Of a stretch of DNA of 64,000 nucleotides, positions 57,125 to 64,000 are shown piece by piece. How positions within the stretch are numbered: the first letter of the stretch is position 1; each line of letters opens with the position of its first letter. Position numbers and translations under genes: made by a program. This stretch comes from Octopus vulgaris. Taxonomy: Eukaryota. The stretch covers positions 53,196,001 to 53,260,000 of the forward strand of contig OX597819.1 of assembly GCA_951406725.2 (NCBI GenBank), given 5' to 3'. The notes beneath the pieces were generated by a model. It was not told where the DNA came from. It did not search any database and was given only the letters and a program-made list of their open reading frames with translations.

Positions 57125-57720
57125 TCAACAACATCCGGCTTCTAAGTTCAAATCTGCTGGTATCAATTTTGCCTTTCCTCATTCAATAGAGTGGCAAAGA
57201 GCATTAAAATAGTCAACAACAGCTCAACTATAGGTACCAACCTCACATAAATTGTAACCTTGTAACATCATCTTTTAGAAAACTATTATGATTATTAGTA
57301 CTATTGGCAATGGATAGGAAGAATCATTAAGGTGCTGGACAAAGTGCCTTGTGGAATTTCATTACAGCCTATGATCTTCTGAGTTCAAATCCTGCCATGG
57401 TCAAATTCTGCCTTTCATCCATTTGGGGCTGATAAAAGAAAGAACCAGTCAAGTACTGGAGTGGATGGTGTCAATTCCCTTTCCCTTGAAACTTAAAGCC
57501 TTGTGCCAAGATTACAAACCAAGGGGAGTTAACTGAAACAACTGTTTGATCATTGCGTAAAAATGCTCTATGACAATTTCTTCAGGCTTTTTTTTTTACT
57601 TTTGATTTCAAACTGAATTAAAGTCCATTTTGCCTTTCATTCTTCCAAGATCTATAAAGTACCAGTAAAGGGCTATGGTTGAAGTTAAAATTGCTGGCCT
57701 TGTGCCAAAATTAGAAGCAA
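57125..57720 (+). mobile_element. Three decayed tandem family B SINEs (others at about 14940-15135, 22760-22940, 60215-60585, 61830-62030 and 62440-63195)
   Basis: Repeated agttcaaat...tgcctttcat...ccttgtgccaa motifs. Confidence 0.7.
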
Positions 57721-58865
57721 TTACTTTTTATTACTAGAACTCATTCATAAATAAAGCATTTATATCGTACTAAGGAATTTATGAGCTTATTCTAAAGAGT
57801 AATGGGTACTTATGTGTGAGTATGAATTAGCGTGTGTGTGTGTGCGTGTGTAATGGGGGACAGAGAGTAGTACGTGCAAATGTGTAACATATGGTAGCAC
57901 ACACATACGTTATAAGGTTCTGAACAAAAATAAATATAACTAGAAATGAGACAAATATTTACAATAGTAAAACTAAAGCAAAGACAGATGAACCAAAAAA
58001 CAAACAATAGTCCATGACACTTTCATCCAAATTCCCCATCCCTCCCACCTAGATGTATCTTCCTTTCTAAAATTTCCCTTTTTTTTCTCTCACCCTCACC
58101 TCTAACACATACAAAGCAAAAAGAATTATAAAAAAAAAATTACATATTTACTGACACATTTCAACATAGCTTTACACTAAAACCAAAATATTGAAAGGGA
58201 AAAAGAGGGTAAGAGGAGAATCAGACAGACAGACAGAACAAGAAACAAAGCACAAGCACTATACAACATCTGTTAATTTCTTTTCTTTCTCTCTCACTCA
58301 AAAAACAGACAGATAATGAGCTACATGCACATTTACACAAAAGAGGTATCTAAATACAAAATAGGCAGGGCCTAACATCTAATACAATGAGTCTTCATAA
58401 CTGAGTAGAATATTCTTCATTGAAGAAGTTTAATAAGGCAGAAACATATGGTTCCTTTTACCGGCTGGTTTCAAAGACTAGATCCACTCCAATCTCCATT
58501 GTCTTAACATTTCAATTAACAATTCTTTTTGAAGTTATATCTCCTTACTTATATTAAACACACCTACAAGGAGATTTTGACAATTAATTACTTTGCTGGT
58601 CATAGTTGATTGAAAAATTTTAACTCACAACACTACATATGTAAGACGCCAATATATGTATATTTAGTATGCAGAAAGTCCAACCATGACACCAAAGAAA
58701 GAGGGCATAAAATGATGACGGTGACAGCTATCCTGAGATATTTTTCCTTCAGCCACATGCATGTGTATAGTGGGAGCAGATAGATAACTAGTAATAAATG
58801 TGCTAGATTCATTCTTCATCATCATCATTTAAAGCCTGTTTTTCATGCCAGCATGAAGTTTCTTC

Positions 58866-58897
<32 letters not shown>

Positions 58898-58907
<10 letters not shown>

Positions 58908-58984
58908 TAAAAAGAATTCCAACCTTGTCTGATTTTCACGTTTTATTACAATCAGACAAGGTTGGAATTCTTTTATTAATATAT
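58898..58984. repeat. Near-perfect inverted repeat, about 35-bp arms and 15-nt loop, between (TA)n tracts
   Basis: atattaataaaaagaattccaaccttgtctgatt pairs with aatcagacaaggttggaattcttttattaatat with one bulge. Confidence 0.95.
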
Positions 58985-59008
58985 TCTTCTATACACAATC
59001 ACACACAC

Positions 59009-59056
<48 letters not shown>

Positions 59057-59081
59057 ATTCATAATTATGTGCATTCAACTT

Positions 59082-59126
59082 AGCTTCACTGAGGAGGCCC
59101 AATATGGCCAAAACATGTCTACTGCT
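59082..59126 (+). ncRNA. Degenerate minimal type-I hammerhead ribozyme motif (Penelope-like-element style), probably inactive
   Basis: CTGAGGA-GGCC-caatat-GGCC-(g>a)AAA-CATGTC; stem I partly retained (agc...a / t...gct in register). Confidence 0.45.
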
Positions 59127-60921
59127 TCAAAAATCCAGAGCCACTCCTAAACAGCATTGTGTACACTATCGAAAAAATTAAATCAACTGAGCTGATCTTA
59201 TTTGAATTACCCTCCTTGTATTTAGTTTTTAAACACTTCTAGCTGGAGATTTTATCGACTCATTGCGAAGATAATCTCACTCAATCAAACTCTTTCAACT
59301 CACTGTAATACATATGAGAGAGCATCATATCTCTATCTCGACATCGTTTTCCATACACATATGAAATAAACTGCACCCAATCACCCACCCAATAGTGTTT
59401 TTATATGTGTTGAGGTCTCTTAATTTCTCTGCATAATCACTTAGAGGCAAACTGAAATAGTCACATGGGTGTGGTGACAATGAGTATATGTCATATTTAT
59501 GTACACACACACACACACACATATATCTATGTATCTGTATAAACATATGCATGTGTGCAAGTGTGTAAATATATATAAAAATATACACACACACATACAC
59601 TTACACAGCCATACAAACAGACATATTTGTATTCCTTGTTTTCCCTCATATACAATCTCATACATTCTTATGCATGTAAGCACACACTTACATCCATACA
59701 ATGTATATGAATGTATATAAACATGCATACTCCTATACACTCACCAAGACACTTATTTACATATCCTCATTCACATATAATCTCAAACAGAAGAACATTT
59801 ACAAAACACACACACACTTTCATTCATATATTAAAAACAGATTTTCACAAGTCACCAAAAAAACACACATAAACTTCATGCGTGTGTACTTTCAAACAAA
59901 GTCACATCCACAAAACAAACACAAACACAAGTGCCACACACTGGCGCTGAAGAAATCTAATACCCTTGAGGACTTGTTAAAATAGATGAAGAGAAAATAT
60001 GGGTGTGTTTTCCAAATGATAATACCATACAGCAGCAACATTATGTGTAAGCAATAAAATGCTTTACTGAGGGCACTGCTTGCCAAAAGAGCTGTAAAAA
60101 CACAATTTAGACACTATCTAGAATACACAACATGCAATAAAATGTGATACAAATGTAAATGCAAAAAAATAAATAAATGAATTATTGAAATTATCATTAT
60201 CATAATGATTATTACTCATCTGGAACTTTATTTTATCATCCCCAGAGGGACAAAAGGTAAAGTGAACATTAGCAGGATATGAACATTGTAAGTTCAAATC
60301 CTGTCAAGGTCAACTTTGACATTCATCCTTCCAGGATTGATAAAATAAAGGACCAGATGAGTACTGGGTCAATTATTTCAATTAACCTAATCAAAATTGC
60401 TGACCTTTAGTCTTGCAATATTTGCTCTAGCTTTTTACATTCTGAGCTCATATACTGCTGAGGTTTGCTTTTCATCCCTTGGTGGCCAATAAAATAAAAA
60501 AAAAACCCAGTAAAATATGAGGGGTTGATGATAGTAACTACTTCCTCTCCTCAAAACTACTGGCATTGTACCTAACTCAGAAATGCTCCTCCTATTCCAC
60601 CACCACCACCGTTATTATTATTATTTGTGTCTTAGCATGAGTGGTCATGTTTGTTATACTCTGAGTTTTTGGATTCACTATGTTGATATTCGATGGAAAA
60701 AGTTTCTTTCCGAATATTTTGTTGATAGGAATACATTAGAAATATTCCAGTGAGAATATTTTTTTAAAAAAACTTTTAAATTTTTATATTTTGTAAGCAA
60801 TGTTTACTAGAAATATAAGACTGTTTTTGTCTTGAGCAGGAATGGGAAGAGGTGCTTGCTACAATGGTAATCTTAACTAATGTAAACAAATATGCTCCCT
60901 TCGAAAAAAGAAATTAAATAT

Positions 60922-61084
60922 AGGTGCAGGAGTGGCTGTGTGGTAAGTAGCTTGCTTACCAACCACATGGCTCTGGGTTCAGTCCTACTGCGTGGCACCT
61001 TGGGCAAGTGTCTTCTACTATAGCCTCGGGCCGACCAAAGCCTTGTGAGTGGATTTGGTAGATGGAAACTGAAAGAAGCCCATC

Positions 61085-61121
<37 letters not shown>

Positions 61122-61325
61122 CGTGTGTGTGTGTTTGTCCCCCGCAACATCGCTTGACAACCGATGTTGGTATGTTTACATCCCCATAACTTAGCGGTTC
61201 AGCAAAAGAGACCGATAGAATAAGTACTAGGCTTACAAAGAATAAGTCCAGGGGTCGATTTGTTCGACTAAAAAGGTGGTGCTCCAGCATGACCACAGTC
61301 AAATGACTGCAACAAGTAAAAGAAT
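60922..61325 (+). mobile_element. Full-length tRNA-derived SINE, family A (octopus OK-like), young copy
   Basis: A box TGGCTGTGTGGT, B box GGTTCAGTCC, central (TA)/(TG) microsatellite, tail ...atgactgcaacaagtaaaaga; many homologous copies in the window. Confidence 0.9.
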
Positions 61326-63195
61326 AGATATATAAAAGTTTTTAAAAAATAACACCACCTTTCAAACAGATCATCATTTACATGTTTTCCATGCTGGTAG
61401 AGTAAACATGGCAAATGGTAAAAATAAATGAACGTATTAAAAACAATAATACAGGATTTTCTAACATAGTGAACCAAAAATAATACGTGGACACTGATTG
61501 GCTTGAAGGAAGGGAGGAAAAAAGATAAGATAATGAAGAAGTGTGTTACATGGGACAGTGACGTTTTGCTCAAGCCACACATACAGGAGATGACAAATAC
61601 AGCAAAGTGACACACTGCAGTATTACTGAGAATGGAGAGGTGTGTCACCCTTGTAACATTCTCTAGTATTGGGAGCTTCAGTTTCTTCCCTCTGCACCAA
61701 AGAACACTTACAAGAGACCCAACACATGGAAGTATGAGGTTTCCATTGACCATGACAACATGCATCTCAGTGTCTCTACCTAATTTTGAACATTGAGAAT
61801 TATGTGAGGTGACATGCCACTTGTGTAGCAAATGAGCTGGCAGAATTGTTAACACAGACAAAATGCTTAGTGGCATTTCTTCCAGCTCTTTACGTTCCAA
61901 GTTCAAATCCAACCAAGGTCAACTTTGCCTATCATGATGAAATAAAGTATCAGTCAATTATTTGGGTTAATCTAATCAATTAACCCTGTCTTCCCTTAAC
62001 ATAACTGGTCTTGTACTAAAATATGAAAGAAGTATTATTATAATAATTGTCTATTGCTGAAGAGAGAAGGAAGTTCTGAGCTAATAGTATCTACTTCCTG
62101 TACAAACATTCAAGTTGGAACCACTCAGCCAAAGGGAAAGGCATCACAATTTTCACACACTCTTCTGTTTAAATCTCTTGTTATATATCTATATGACATA
62201 GTATATCCTCATTAGATATATATCCTTAAACTCAGTCCTTCCTTTTACCTATAATTTACAGCATCTTCTCCCTGCCAGACACACACACACACACACACAT
62301 ATATATTCTCACAACAGATGTTTTCATTAGTAAGAAGACTTCAATAAGAACAACAAGTTTACTGTGAGGAAGTGAAAACAATTATTTCCTAGCATCATAA
62401 CAAAAGAGAATTCCATTGTATGCTTCATTGAAAAGTTGTCAGAAATGGTAAATAACTAAACTAACTGCTTTACAATACTCAGACCTCCACCTCCATGTTC
62501 TGAGATCAAATCCCAACAAGGTCCATATTTTGCTTTTCATCTCTTCATGGTTGATAAAATGAGTGCTAATATCCTTTAGATTACTGCATTCCATTATGGC
62601 ACTTCACATCATGATGGTGGTGGTGGTGGAGGAGATGGTGGTGATGATGATGATGGTGGTAGTGGTGGAGGAGATGGTGGTGATAATAATGATGGTGACA
62701 ATGACTGTTTCTGACAAAGGTGAATGTCAAGAAATTTGTCAGGCAGAGGAAAGTCAATTAATTTGACTGGTACTTCATAATGACTCCGGAGAGATGAAAG
62801 TCAAAATTGACTGAGCAGGATTTGAACTCAAAACTAAATGTTAAAAGATATTTTTCTTGATACTCACAATTCTGTTAATCCAACACTCCCAAAATAGTAA
62901 AACTAGTTAAAATAATAATGATTTCAAATTTTGGGACAAGGCCAGCAATTTCAAGAGATGGAGTGGAGTAAGTCAATTACATCAACTGGTATATCAAGCC
63001 TGAAAGGATGACGAGCAAAGTCAACTTCAACAGAATTTGAACTCAGAATGTAAAGGCAGATGAAATGCCAATAAGCGATTTGCCTGGCATGCCAATGTTT
63101 CTACCAGCTTGCTGCCTTAATAGTAGTAATGATAATAAAATAAAACAACCCCAGTTTTAAAGGGAGGGGGTTAGTCAATAACATCAATCCCAGCT

Positions 63196-63893
63196 TTGAA
63201 GCCAGTATGCATGTTCGACAGAGTGTAAGCATCTTGAGAGAACAGTTAGGCATAAGAGGGATCAGATATGGTGTGCAAGAGAGACAACTGTGCTGGTATA
63301 GTCATGTGATGCATATGGACAAGGACAGCTATGTAAAGAAGTGCCAATTTCTAACTGTGGAGGGAACCTGTGGTAGAGGTAGACCTACGAAGAAACGGGA
63401 CGAGGCGGTGAAGCATGATCTTTGAACCCCACAAAGGCAATGACTAGTGACAGAGACCTTTGGCAATGTTCTGTGCTTGAGAGAACCCGTCAAGCCAAGT
63501 GCATCCATACTGGTGGCACATAAAGAACATCTTTTGAACATTGGACCTCACAGAGGCAAAGTGGCTGAGTTCCTTTCAAATTTTGGTCCTCACAGCGGCA
63601 ACAACAAAGACCTCTGGCATTATATAATCCTTGAGAAGAAGACCCATTAAACCGAGCATAATCGCAGTCATGGCAGATACTGGTGTCCTACAAATTGGGA
63701 CCCATGATGGCTGTATGTAAACGCACCCATTACACTCTCGGAGTGGTTGGCGTTAGGAAGGGCATTCAGCCATAGAAAACCATGCCAAATCAGACTGGAG
63801 TCTGGTGCAGCCTTCCAGTGTTCCAGCTCAGTCAAACTATCTAACCCATATCAGCATGGATATCAGACATATGATGATGGGGATGATGATGAT
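63196..63893 (+). mobile_element. 5'-truncated RTE-clade LINE (ORF C-terminus and 3' UTR)
   Basis: ORF 63207-63425 ...QERQLCWYSHVMHMDKDSYVKK...EGTCGRGRP... resembles the RTE RLRWxGHVxRM...RGRP signature; 3' end gagtggttggcgttaggaagggc...(GAT)n. Confidence 0.85.
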
Positions 63894-64000
63894 ATGTGAA
63901 TGATAATTCCCTTCATAGCTGGTAATATGAGCTTCTTATTCTTCTGCATTCATCCAAGTGGCAAAGAAATTCTGCCACTGTGACTTGAACAAATGAATAT

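Noticed and set aside
58475-58497. 12-nt match to miR-279 (gactagatccac)
   Set aside because: The 3' half diverges and there is no complementary arm to form a precursor.
60922-61000. Possible tRNA gene (A and B boxes)
   Set aside because: SINE head continuous with the SINE body; no complete cloverleaf or terminator.
61268-61912. 214-aa minus-strand ORF
   Set aside because: Begins in a SINE B and ends in a SINE A; no recognisable domain or splice signals.

Overview
AT-rich, CpG-depleted, repeat-dense eukaryotic DNA. The SINE, RTE and microsatellite content points to an octopod cephalopod genome (inference). I see no intact multi-exon coding gene, rRNA, tRNA or CRISPR array, and almost all ORF-track entries are microsatellite or chance ORFs. 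The + strand looks A-rich by eye and the best splice signals lie on the - strand, so the window is probably inside very long intron(s) of an unidentified minus-strand gene. That gene has one well-defined 40-nt exon (13847-13886), a near-perfect AG|GTAAGT recursive-splice-like site (2545/2544), and weaker candidate first exon and microexons. The rest is a nested landscape of tRNA-derived SINE families (some in head-to-tail arrays), decayed RTE, R4/Dong-like and CR1/Jockey-like LINE pieces, piggyBac, hAT and Tigger-type MITEs, minisatellites and long (TA)n tracts. There is also a decayed minimal hammerhead-ribozyme motif next to a foldback palindrome. Repeat boundaries were read by eye and are approximate unless TSDs or TIRs are quoted.
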